Part shown: piece by piece, positions 42,200-50,942 of the stretch
How positions within the stretch are numbered: the stretch's first letter is position 1
Layout: every line of letters starts with the position of its first letter
IMG/VR virus record: IMGVR_UViG_3300046007_008377
Span: 5,009 to 69,008 of that record
DNA from: a virus
Reading direction: 5' to 3' (one strand)
DNA length: 64,000 nucleotides
Position numbers and translations under genes: made by a program
Notes under the pieces: model-generated
Seen by the model: the letters and a program-made list of their open reading frames with translations, nothing else
What the model was told of the DNA's origin: nothing
Database searches by the model: none

Positions 42200-42934
42200 T
42201 TATTGTTTTTCTTGAAAGTCTTTCGCTTCTTCCGAATTGACAAATTGGGCTATTTCTGGTTCGCGAATTGATAGTCCCGCGTAATTCAATACCTTGGTTA
42301 AAAAAGGAATAAGCAAACTCTCATGTAAATCTACATCTTGCAAATCACTTGCGCTTGGATTGTAAATAGGGTTGCCGCCAACAGTTATAAAAGTCCATTT
42401 TGGAGCAAGCGGCGTTCGCAAATAGAAAAGCTCTAAATAATAACCGCTTGGAACCAAAGGAGCAGGTTTAAACTTAGTTCCAATTTTCTCATAAACAGGA
42501 AACATTAAACTTGGAGCAGTCATATCTGAATTTACAAGTACGTTTAATTGGCGCTTTGATACCAATTCTATATCGACTTTCTTTTTTGTTGTATTTTCTA
42601 CCAAAGACAAATTTTCTACGCGGTAAAGATTGTTATTTGTAAACGACCAAGTTTCATCTGCTGAATTAAAAACAAATTCGCTTGGAATAGAGTACGTTGC
42701 GTAATAATCAATCTGCTCTCCTACATTAGCTTTTAGATTTGCGTACTCTGAACCTGTTAATCGTCTGTTCTCACGATTAAGCATTTGGTTGTACTGAAAA
42801 AATAGGTTTTCAAAAATATCTCTTTGGGCTAAATTGCAGAAAATATCCAATTCTTGCGGCGCAATGTACCCCAAGTTTGATTTATTCATTATAAACAAAA
42901 CCGAATTTCTAATAAAGTTAACGCTAATTGCCAT
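42200..42934 (-). CDS. Tail tubular/ring (adaptor) protein
   Basis: NKSNLGYIAPQE...AQRDIFE, YLRTPLAPKW, LNYAGLSIRE recall crAss-like ring proteins. Confidence 0.6.
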   Translation of the reverse strand: MAISVNFIRNSVLFIMNKSNLGYIAPQELDIFCNLAQRDIFENLFFQYNQMLNRENRRLTGSEYANLKANVGEQIDYYATYSIPSEFVFNSADETWSFTNNNLYRVENLSLVENTTKKKVDIELVSKRQLNVLVNSDMTAPSLMFPVYEKIGTKFKPAPLVPSGYYLELFYLRTPLAPKWTFITVGGNPIYNPSASDLQDVDLHESLLIPFLTKVLNYAGLSIREPEIAQFVNSEEAKDFQEKQ

Positions 42935-42973
42935 GGTCTTAAATTTTTATGTAAAGGTAAATAAAATATTTCA

Positions 42974-43069
42974 TACATTTGCAGAGCAATCCACTACTTG
43001 CGCTGAAGATATTTAGTCGAAAGGCTAACCGGAAATCCTCAAAGATGCGTAGTGGCTCTTTGGGGATTT
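42974..43069 (+). promoter_or_regulatory. -7 box (42974-42981) plus structured leader RNA of HNH gene
   Basis: TACATTTG; stem 43033-43045/43057-43069; loop GTAGTGG complementary to CCACTAC 42991-42997. Confidence 0.6.
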
Positions 43070-43087
43070 TTCACTTATAAGAATATT

Positions 43088-43855
43088 ATGATTGAGTATT
43101 ACAAAAATTTGAGTTTAGAATCGCTATTTTACGTGAATGAAAACGGCTTAGTTTGTCAAGAGGAATGGCGTGACGTTCCTGAGTGGGAAGGTTATTACCA
43201 AGTATCTGATTTAGGCAGAATTAAATCTTTTTCTTTCAATAAAACAAAAATATTAAAAGGTGGATTCAATAGAGGAGGATATTTAATATTTGTATTTTGT
43301 GTGCAACAAAAAAGAAAAACGGTAAAAGCGCATCAATTGGTCGCTATGGTTTTTATGAATCATATTCCTTGTGGTAACAAAATAGTTGTAGACCATATTA
43401 ATAACATAAAAACAGATAACCGTTTAGAAAACCTTCAACTCACAGACAATAGACACAATAGCTCAAAAGACCGTAAATCAAAAACAAATGTCGTTGGGGT
43501 GCATTTTATTCAAAAAAGAAATACATTTGTTTCTTGTATTGAGATAAAGAAGAAGCAAATACATTTAGGCACTTTTGATAATTTAGAAGACGCAAAATCA
43601 GCTTATCTAACAGCATTAAATAACTATAAAGAAAATAACATTATCCCTGAAAAAATAAAATTTCAAAGACATAGGAAACCAAAAGGCAAGTATAGTTCAG
43701 ATTACAAAGGTGTTAGTTTTATAAAATCTCAAAAAAAATGGAAATGTACAATAAATATAAACGGCAAAAATATTTTTATAGGAAACTACAACACTGAAAT
43801 AGATGCTCATTTAGCATATCAAAAAGAGTACAAAAAAACCCTATTTAAAAGATAG
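43088..43855 (+). CDS. NUMOD4-HNH homing endonuclease with two AP2-like domains
   Basis: EEWRDVPEWEGYYQVSDLGRIKS; VDHINNIKTDNRLENL; VGVHF...HLGTF and YKGVSF...FIGNY. Likely start ATG 43088. Confidence 0.9.
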   Translation: MIEYYKNLSLESLFYVNENGLVCQEEWRDVPEWEGYYQVSDLGRIKSFSFNKTKILKGGFNRGGYLIFVFCVQQKRKTVKAHQLVAMVFMNHIPCGNKIVVDHINNIKTDNRLENLQLTDNRHNSSKDRKSKTNVVGVHFIQKRNTFVSCIEIKKKQIHLGTFDNLEDAKSAYLTALNNYKENNIIPEKIKFQRHRKPKGKYSSDYKGVSFIKSQKKWKCTININGKNIFIGNYNTEIDAHLAYQKEYKKTLFKR

Positions 43856-43863
43856 GGTTTTTT
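43833..43863. terminator. Bidirectional intrinsic terminator
   Basis: AAAAAACCCTAT...ATAGGGTTTTTT. Confidence 0.7.
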
Positions 43864-43885
43864 AAAATATATAGTTTTACATTTT

Positions 43886-44188
43886 TTAAATTGATAGAAT
43901 TAAGTCCGCGTAATAGATAGTTACGTACTCAATTGCGTTTCTAGTAAGCGGATTTGCTTTGAATTTGTCGTAAATTACTGTATCGCCGAGTTTTACATCG
44001 TCTTTTGGGCATTCCGTACCCAACGAAACAACAATTCCTTTACGATATTTCTCGTTTTTGTCAACGCTTGACGAAATATTAAGGCCGCTTTGCGTTTCGT
44101 TTACGTTTTCAATTTCTTTTAGCACTACTACATAATTTAGCGCGCGACCATTAAACTTTTCTACAATTTCTTTAGTTTTTGCGTCCAT
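43886..44188 (-). CDS. groES: Co-chaperonin GroES-like
   Basis: ETQSGL, GIVVSLG, VKLGDTVIYDK, DLI; 100 aa next to GroEL. Confidence 0.8.
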   Translation of the reverse strand: MDAKTKEIVEKFNGRALNYVVVLKEIENVNETQSGLNISSSVDKNEKYRKGIVVSLGTECPKDDVKLGDTVIYDKFKANPLTRNAIEYVTIYYADLILSI

Positions 44189-45748
44189 TTAATTAGCGTT
44201 TTGAATTAATCTAGCATTTGTGAGAACGTTGTCAGTCATTAGCATTGTATTACTTGCAGAAACAGCGTTAATTAAGGCGTGTTTGATTGCTTTTGTACTA
44301 TCCACAATTCCCGCGTCAAACATATTGGTTTTTTTGTAATTTTTTACGTCATATCCGATTGGATAATCTCCAATTGCTTGTCTAACTTCTCTTAAACTTG
44401 CGTTTTCCATTAATTTATTAATTGGAGATACACAAACTGTTTTGCAAATATCTCCTAATTCTAATTTTGAAGCGTCAAATAAAGCAATTCCTCCGCCAGC
44501 AACAACTCCTTCTTCTTTTGCAGAACGAACAGCAGAAACAGCATCGTCTACACGATCGATTTTTTCCTGCAATTCACTTTCGATAATTGATCCGATTTTA
44601 ATAATAGAAACACCGCCTACTAATTTAGCAATTCTTTCGCGCAAATACTTTTCTTCTACTTGGCTTTTGGTAGTTTTGATTGTTTCTTTTATTTCAGCAA
44701 TTTTACCATCTACAATTTTTTGAACATAATCGTTTTTTACCGAAGTGATAATTGTATCGGCTTTACCAATGATAATTTTTTCACATTCGCCAATAAATTC
44801 ACCTTCTCTACCTTCAAAATTATCTCCAGACAAAGTAGTAATTGGCTGCGTTCCTAAAATACAAGCAAGGTCATTGATAAAATCAAGACGTTTTTTACCA
44901 ACTCCAGGCGCGTGAACAACACAAAACGGTACGCCTTTCTGAATTACATTTTGAAGCACTACATCTCTAACTGCATGTGCCATATCGGAAATAAATACCA
45001 GCGGTCTTTTGTTGTCGTGTGCATATTGCATAAATGGAAGCACTTGTTTTACCGTTTTAAATTCAATAGTAGAACAAACTACAAGCGGATTTTCGTCAAA
45101 AACACAAGTTCTATCAGAAAACACGTTTACAAATCGCTCGTCAGAATATCCTGATTCTACGAGTGTTCCGTCTATAAATTCTAGGTAAGATTCATCTGTA
45201 TTACTACGCGAATGAGCAACAGAACCGTCAACCCCTGCTTTAATATATGCTTCACTTACAATTTTTGCAATTTCTACATCGCCATTGGCAGAAGTCAAGG
45301 CTACATCATAAATTAATTTGTCGGTAATTGGAGTTGATATACTATCTAAATGCGCTAATATTAAATCTCTTGATTCTTCAACTTCTCGCTTTACATCAAT
45401 TGGCGATTTTCCATTTTTTACAGCCTCAACCGAATTTTTGAAAAACGCATAAAGTAAAATAATTGTATTTGTAGTGCTATCTCCTGCAAATTTTACAGTT
45501 TTTTCACTTGCTTCTTTAGCAATTTCTAAAGCAATATTTTCTACTGGATTTTCTAAAAAAATTGATTGGAGTGTTTTGTAACCATCTTTAGTAGGCTCGG
45601 CTCTACCATAATCAGATTCGATAAGTACCGTTCTTCCTCGATAACCGTAAGTAGAAGAAACCACATCAGAAGCTTTTTTAAGACCTGACAATAACAAGTC
45701 TTTTGCATCATCACCAGAGATAATGTCTTTTAAAATTCTTTCGCTCAT
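44189..45748 (-). CDS. groEL: Chaperonin GroEL-like
   Basis: TKDG, AGDSTT, SANGD, ERIAKL, DRVDDAVSAVRSAKEEGVVAGGG, AGIVD. Confidence 0.95.
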   Translation of the reverse strand: MSERILKDIISGDDAKDLLLSGLKKASDVVSSTYGYRGRTVLIESDYGRAEPTKDGYKTLQSIFLENPVENIALEIAKEASEKTVKFAGDSTTNTIILLYAFFKNSVEAVKNGKSPIDVKREVEESRDLILAHLDSISTPITDKLIYDVALTSANGDVEIAKIVSEAYIKAGVDGSVAHSRSNTDESYLEFIDGTLVESGYSDERFVNVFSDRTCVFDENPLVVCSTIEFKTVKQVLPFMQYAHDNKRPLVFISDMAHAVRDVVLQNVIQKGVPFCVVHAPGVGKKRLDFINDLACILGTQPITTLSGDNFEGREGEFIGECEKIIIGKADTIITSVKNDYVQKIVDGKIAEIKETIKTTKSQVEEKYLRERIAKLVGGVSIIKIGSIIESELQEKIDRVDDAVSAVRSAKEEGVVAGGGIALFDASKLELGDICKTVCVSPINKLMENASLREVRQAIGDYPIGYDVKNYKKTNMFDAGIVDSTKAIKHALINAVSASNTMLMTDNVLTNARLIQNAN

Positions 45749-45776
45749 AATTTAGATTTTAATTAAAAATAAAGTA

Positions 45777-45784
45777 CAAATTTA
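45777..45784 (-). promoter_or_regulatory. -7 box (TAAATTTG) for groEL-groES
   Basis: TAnnTTTG 28 nt upstream of the groEL start. Confidence 0.5.
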
Positions 45785-45890
45785 TCATTTTGAAATTTGA
45801 TAACCAAATGTTTATACACTATCAATTTTAATTATTACTTTTGTTGTTATAATAGATAAAAAAATGTTTAAATAATAAAAAAAACATACA

Positions 45891-46679
45891 ATGGCAAAAT
45901 GGGATTTTAAAATAGTCGGGGCTTCTTTTGTAAAAGAATTGATTCCAATTGACGGAGATGTTGAGTTTCGTTCTCAGTCGTTTATGCAGCCTAGCTTTGA
46001 TTTAGAGGGAGATAAAATTGTAATGAAAGAAAGCGGTAATTACAAATCAGCAATTCTTTTCCCTCAAATTGGTGAAATTGACGGAGTAGTTCCTACAGAT
46101 CTTGAAGACGCTTATGCTAAACTTTTAATTTTAGTTGAAAATTTTAATCAGGGCGGGGGGTCGCCCGGAACAACCCCAAAAATATTTACAGCTTTGTTAT
46201 CACAAACAGGAGAATCTGATAAACAAACTTTATCTAGTGGCGCCGTAACTAAAGGTGTTTCATATAAAATAGATGGCGCTAGTGATGGCGATTTTTCAAA
46301 TGTAGGAGCGCCAAATAATGACGATTTAACTTCTTTTATTGCAACAATAAATGGAGTTCCTAATAGTTACGGAACTGCTGAGTTAACATACGACCTAGGA
46401 GCGCCAGTAGCAATAGTGTTAGAAAACACTATTGGAAATATTTGGTTTGAATATAGACTTGTTGGAATATATAGAGCTTGGTCAGATAATTTATTTATAG
46501 AAGATAAAACTGCAATAAATATAGATGCTTTTAGCTATATAAATATAGCAAACTATCCTGCTATTGCAAATGAAACTTTATTTTCAGAAAATAATTTTGA
46601 TATATCTACAACTTTATCAGGATCGCCTAATGATGATTTATTAGTAAAAAATAGATTAGAAATAAAAGTTTATAATTAA
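45891..46679 (+). CDS. Structural (fibre/decoration-like) protein with candidate -1 frameshift
   Basis: N-domain paralogous to 46703; C-domain paralogous to 61918. Confidence 0.55.
   Translation: MAKWDFKIVGASFVKELIPIDGDVEFRSQSFMQPSFDLEGDKIVMKESGNYKSAILFPQIGEIDGVVPTDLEDAYAKLLILVENFNQGGGSPGTTPKIFTALLSQTGESDKQTLSSGAVTKGVSYKIDGASDGDFSNVGAPNNDDLTSFIATINGVPNSYGTAELTYDLGAPVAIVLENTIGNIWFEYRLVGIYRAWSDNLFIEDKTAINIDAFSYINIANYPAIANETLFSENNFDISTTLSGSPNDDLLVKNRLEIKVYN
46139..46177 (+). promoter_or_regulatory. Candidate programmed -1 ribosomal frameshift (A_AAU_UUU plus H-type pseudoknot)
   Basis: Heptamer 46139-46145, 5-nt spacer, GGGCG/CGCCC and GGGGT/ACCCC stems; -1 frame stop TAA 46145-46147. Confidence 0.6.
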
Positions 46680-46702
46680 TATTATAATAAAAAACACGCA
46701 AA

Positions 46703-48751
46703 ATGGCAAAATGGAATTTTTTTGCAACTAATAGTTCTTTAATAAGAGAGTTAGACACTTCTGGAGACGATGTAAATCCGCAATCACAATCTTTTTTAAC
46801 CCCGACTTTAGATTTACAAGGCGCTAAAATTGTATTTAAAGAGGGTGGTTTATATAAAACCGCAATTTTATTTACGGAAATAGGCACAATTGACGGAGTT
46901 AACCCTACAGATTTGCAAGACGCTTATGATAAAATAATCGCTTTAATTCCTAATTCAAGTGGCCCATCAAGTTTTCCAAATTTAACTGAAGTATTAACAC
47001 AAGGAGATAGGGTATGGTATCAAACGGCAGATAATTATGTTTTTCAAGGTGTTGATATAGCTACGTTTATATTGAATAATAACAATGCAGGAACTCCTAT
47101 TTTTACTATTGATGGAGATTTAGATAATGATTTTCCTATTGACTGCGTTTTAAAATTTCAAGCTTGGTTACAACCTAGTCAATTAGAAGCTATTAACGGA
47201 GCTTTAATTTATGTTCAAGGTAATGGTGGTTCTTTAACTACTTACAATTTTAATGTTGGAGATTATTGCGAACTAAAAAAAGTAAATGTAAACAGTTGGT
47301 TTTTAAACGTTTCAAATGCAATAAGCACTCCAATACCAACAAAAACATCAGACTTAATAAATGATGGAGATAATGGTACAAGTCATTTTATATCTTTAGA
47401 AGATTTACCAAGTACACTTACACTTTATCCTACAACAGCAGCGTCTGGTATTGGTGGTTATAATAAATTAGTTTCTTCTATTACAGACCCAGATTACAAT
47501 ACTACAGCAGTAGATGTATCAACAGGTGCTATTACAGGAACAGACCAATTGATTGCTGGGTTGATAACAGATGCAAACCAAATTGTTGGTAATCCTGGTG
47601 TGTTTAATATGACAACTATTGGAAACATTAGAAAAACAAGTGGTTCTGGACAAGCTGAATTTTTCTTTAGAGTATATAAGAGAGATGCTGGTGGAACAGA
47701 AACACTAATCTTACAATCAGACAACACGCAACAAATTACATCTGCTATTTATGCTGAGTTCAATGCAAGTGGTTTATGGAATGATGGTGTATTTATATCA
47801 ACAGATAGAATAGTAATAAAGTTTTATGGAACAAAAGTAGGTAGCGGTTCAGCCCCAACTTATGATTTTCAATTTGGTGGAACAAACCCTGTAAGAAGTA
47901 TAGTTCCAGTACCTTTAACAGTTATTCCAGTTTTATCTTTAGATGAACTTAGTGATGTTACTATTACAAGTGTAGCTAACAATCAATTATTAGCTTACAC
48001 TTCTGCAACTGATCTTTGGCAAAATAAAAACCTAATTGATGTACTTGAAAATTTTAATACAACTCAAGGAATTTATTTCTTTGAAGATTTTATGGGTAAT
48101 TTAGCAGCCAATATAACTAACACTACTACTGGTATTATTACAAATGTTGGTAATGGGCAAGGAACTACAAGAAGTACATCAACTATAAACAACAAAACAA
48201 ATCAACAAGGTGTTGTAGAAGCATTAACATCTGCTAATGCAACAGGTACTGCGGGTTATTACTATGCAAGTGGCGTTTATAAAGGTTCTGGTTCAATTAC
48301 CATAGAAACATATATAAATTATACAAATCTATCAGTTTTAGGAGAAAGATTTTTTAGTTTATTTGGATTTTATACTGGCGTAAATTTTACTAATCCGCCT
48401 AACGCTATTATGATTGTTTATGATGAAGGAGGGGTAGTTACACCTAATGCAGCATCACCTTTTTTTAGATGTGTTACAAGAATAGGTGGTGTAACACTTA
48501 CAAATACTGTTACATCAATTCCAGTAGTTGCGTTACAATGGTATAGGTTGAAAATAAATATAAGTGCAGATGGAGGTACAGTTACATTTTTTATTGATAA
48601 TACTTTAGTTGCAACACATACAACAAACATTCCTTTAAACGCAACTTTTTTACCAGTTGGATGTATGTTGCAAAAAACATCAGGAACTGCTGCAAGAGCA
48701 ATGCAAACAGATTATTTTATGTACAAAGAAACATTTACAACAGCAAGATAA
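46703..48751 (+). CDS. Tail fibre/receptor-binding protein
   Basis: 682 aa Thr/Gly-rich, modular; KTSDLIND, LDELSDV...LWQN fibre motifs; C-terminal lectin/ConA-like domain (FFIDNTLVATHTTNIP). Confidence 0.7.
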   Translation: MAKWNFFATNSSLIRELDTSGDDVNPQSQSFLTPTLDLQGAKIVFKEGGLYKTAILFTEIGTIDGVNPTDLQDAYDKIIALIPNSSGPSSFPNLTEVLTQGDRVWYQTADNYVFQGVDIATFILNNNNAGTPIFTIDGDLDNDFPIDCVLKFQAWLQPSQLEAINGALIYVQGNGGSLTTYNFNVGDYCELKKVNVNSWFLNVSNAISTPIPTKTSDLINDGDNGTSHFISLEDLPSTLTLYPTTAASGIGGYNKLVSSITDPDYNTTAVDVSTGAITGTDQLIAGLITDANQIVGNPGVFNMTTIGNIRKTSGSGQAEFFFRVYKRDAGGTETLILQSDNTQQITSAIYAEFNASGLWNDGVFISTDRIVIKFYGTKVGSGSAPTYDFQFGGTNPVRSIVPVPLTVIPVLSLDELSDVTITSVANNQLLAYTSATDLWQNKNLIDVLENFNTTQGIYFFEDFMGNLAANITNTTTGIITNVGNGQGTTRSTSTINNKTNQQGVVEALTSANATGTAGYYYASGVYKGSGSITIETYINYTNLSVLGERFFSLFGFYTGVNFTNPPNAIMIVYDEGGVVTPNAASPFFRCVTRIGGVTLTNTVTSIPVVALQWYRLKINISADGGTVTFFIDNTLVATHTTNIPLNATFLPVGCMLQKTSGTAARAMQTDYFMYKETFTTAR

Positions 48752-49086
48752 TGACAATATACATTTACACACAAGGAAATACTACAATAGAAACTATAAA
48801 CATAAATGAAATACCAGAGGGTGTTTCTTATGAAACTATTGAAAGAGAAGAAGAGACTGTTGATATGGAATCTTTAATAATTCAAGCTTTACAGATTGAT
48901 TTATATTACACAGGCATTATTTCAGACCTTTTAAGAAAACACATTGAAAAATTATCTATAGATGGTATTCCTATTCCTCAAGATGTAATTGATGAAAGAG
49001 ATAGGCTGAGAGCAGAATGTAATCAGAAAATATTAGATTTAGGAATAACCAACTTTGCTTATAGACAATCAAATCTAAAATTATAA
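48751..49086 (+). CDS. Putative tail fibre chaperone/assembly protein
   Basis: Start ATG 48751 overlaps fibre stop; GIPIPQDVIDERDRLR motif. Confidence 0.5.
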   Translation: MTIYIYTQGNTTIETININEIPEGVSYETIEREEETVDMESLIIQALQIDLYYTGIISDLLRKHIEKLSIDGIPIPQDVIDERDRLRAECNQKILDLGITNFAYRQSNLKL

Positions 49087-49135
49087 CAAAAACCAAACGC
49101 AAATTTTGTATAGTGCGTTGATTAAATTTTAAACC

Positions 49136-49468
49136 ATGAAATTATTAAAATCAATATTAAAAGATTGTCAAAGCTGGGAAAAAATAGTTTACAATAGATG
49201 GCACTTACACGCTCCTATTGCTTTTGTTGCGGGTTGCATATTGTATTGGGCAATAAACGGAACAATTAGCGATACATACGTTGCAACGGAAATAGCTTTT
49301 AAAATTTTTGTTCCTAGTTTTATAGGTTTTATTGGATTAGCTTTGTTTGAAGGTTATCAGCAAAAAGACAGGTTTATAGATGTTGCAGAAAGGTTTGAAA
49401 GCAATAAAGATTTGTGGGTGAGCGAATTTTTTCTAATTTTAGGTGTAATATTAAATGTAGTGTTATGA
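49136..49468 (+). CDS. Membrane protein
   Basis: 110 aa with about three hydrophobic segments. Confidence 0.6.
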   Translation: MKLLKSILKDCQSWEKIVYNRWHLHAPIAFVAGCILYWAINGTISDTYVATEIAFKIFVPSFIGFIGLALFEGYQQKDRFIDVAERFESNKDLWVSEFFLILGVILNVVL

Positions 49469-49619
49469 GAATCGAAGTATCAAAAAGTTGCGATATAGAA
49501 TTAAAATTTAAAAAGTCTTTACTTAATTTTAGTGATGAGCAAAAGCAAGCAATTAAAGATATAAATCTAATTTTAGAATGTTCTGGATTAAAAATCTACG
49601 GAGAAATAGCAAAATAACA

Positions 49620-49979
49620 ATGGCAGTTCAAAGAAAAATCACAGACCCTACAATAAAGGACTACGCTAGCGACATATTCAAAATAAAAGGAGATGTCGAA
49701 ACTATTAAGCGCCACATGGACGAAGGAAAGGCTGAAAGAATTGAAGATAGAAAAACTCTTTCAGATATTAAAACTACTTTAATAGGTAGTAATATGAATG
49801 GCAATAAAGGTATTGTTTATTTGTTAAACGATATTGACAATAGAGTAAAGCATTTAGAAAATACAAATTTAGAGCGTAGGCAAACAGAAGTAAACGCTAA
49901 ATGGATTGGCGGTTTTATAATTACTTTCTTTTTTGCTTTAATTGTTTACATCATTCAGCACTTGCCGAAATCACAATAA
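49620..49979 (+). CDS. Coiled-coil protein with C-terminal TM (lysis-associated)
   Basis: Likely start MAVQRK 49620; WIGGFIITFFFALIVYII. Confidence 0.55.
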   Translation: MAVQRKITDPTIKDYASDIFKIKGDVETIKRHMDEGKAERIEDRKTLSDIKTTLIGSNMNGNKGIVYLLNDIDNRVKHLENTNLERRQTEVNAKWIGGFIITFFFALIVYIIQHLPKSQ

Positions 49980-49980
49980 T

Positions 49981-50307
49981 ATGTACCCAATATTTGAACA
50001 TACGTTAAAAAAACCAAGCGGAAGATGGGATAAGCAATCTCTTACATTTTTTTTGTTTATGAATTTAACGGTAATAATGGGTATAGGAAACACAATAGCG
50101 TCTTATGCTTTTGGAATTACAGATAATAAAATGGCGTATGAAGTGTTTACTACTTTTGCTTTTATTACAATGGGCATGTCTGGAACGACAATTATAAACA
50201 AATTTGTTGATTATACTAAAGCAAAAAATCCTCAGCAAGATCCTTATGCAAATAATGGATTTATAGAAACTCAAATTAATAACAATATTGATAAAAATAA
50301 TCCATGA
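49981..50307 (+). CDS. Putative holin
   Basis: Two TM segments, directly upstream of and coupled to endolysin; start MYPIF 49981. Confidence 0.55.
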   Translation: MYPIFEHTLKKPSGRWDKQSLTFFLFMNLTVIMGIGNTIASYAFGITDNKMAYEVFTTFAFITMGMSGTTIINKFVDYTKAKNPQQDPYANNGFIETQINNNIDKNNP

Positions 50308-50750
50308 GTAGAGTAGTTGCAATAGCTCAAAATGAAGTAGGACAAGGCGAAGTACCTTTAAATAGTAATAAAACAAAATACGGTAAATGGTTTGGCTGGC
50401 AGGGTGTTCCTTGGTGCGGTATATTTGTAAGTTGGTGTTATGCTCAAGTTGGCGCGCCTCTTGGTAACATCGGATTTAAAAAAGGATTTGCTGGCTGTCA
50501 AACGGCAGTTGCGTACTTTAGAAAAAACAATCGAGTAACGACTAATCCAGCCCCAGGCAACATTGTTTTCTTTGATTGGAATGGAGATGGTAGGTTTGAC
50601 CATACAGGAATATTTGTAAAATGGCTAGACATAGGTAAAACTTTTGAAAGCGTAGAAGGAAATACATCTTTGACAAATCAGTCAAACGGCGGGCAAGTAA
50701 TGTTAAGAGTAAGAAAAAACATTAATGTCTTGTTTGTTGATCCGTTTTAA
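50304..50750 (+). CDS. CHAP-domain endolysin
   Basis: PWCGIFVSW, DHTGI, VEGNT. Confidence 0.9.
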   Translation: MSRVVAIAQNEVGQGEVPLNSNKTKYGKWFGWQGVPWCGIFVSWCYAQVGAPLGNIGFKKGFAGCQTAVAYFRKNNRVTTNPAPGNIVFFDWNGDGRFDHTGIFVKWLDIGKTFESVEGNTSLTNQSNGGQVMLRVRKNINVLFVDPF

Positions 50751-50942
50751 TTAAAAATTATGGTAGTTGAAAATGTATGTCCAGCAGGTAATTTTTATAA
50801 TACAAATTCATTTATAGATACCAAGCCTCTTTTTGTCCCAACAATGAAAGAACCTGAATTGATTTACAAAATAGATTTAACTATTAGAGAAACTGAATAA
50901 TAAAACTACCAATATTTACTTTGTAAATTAAAATAACAAATT

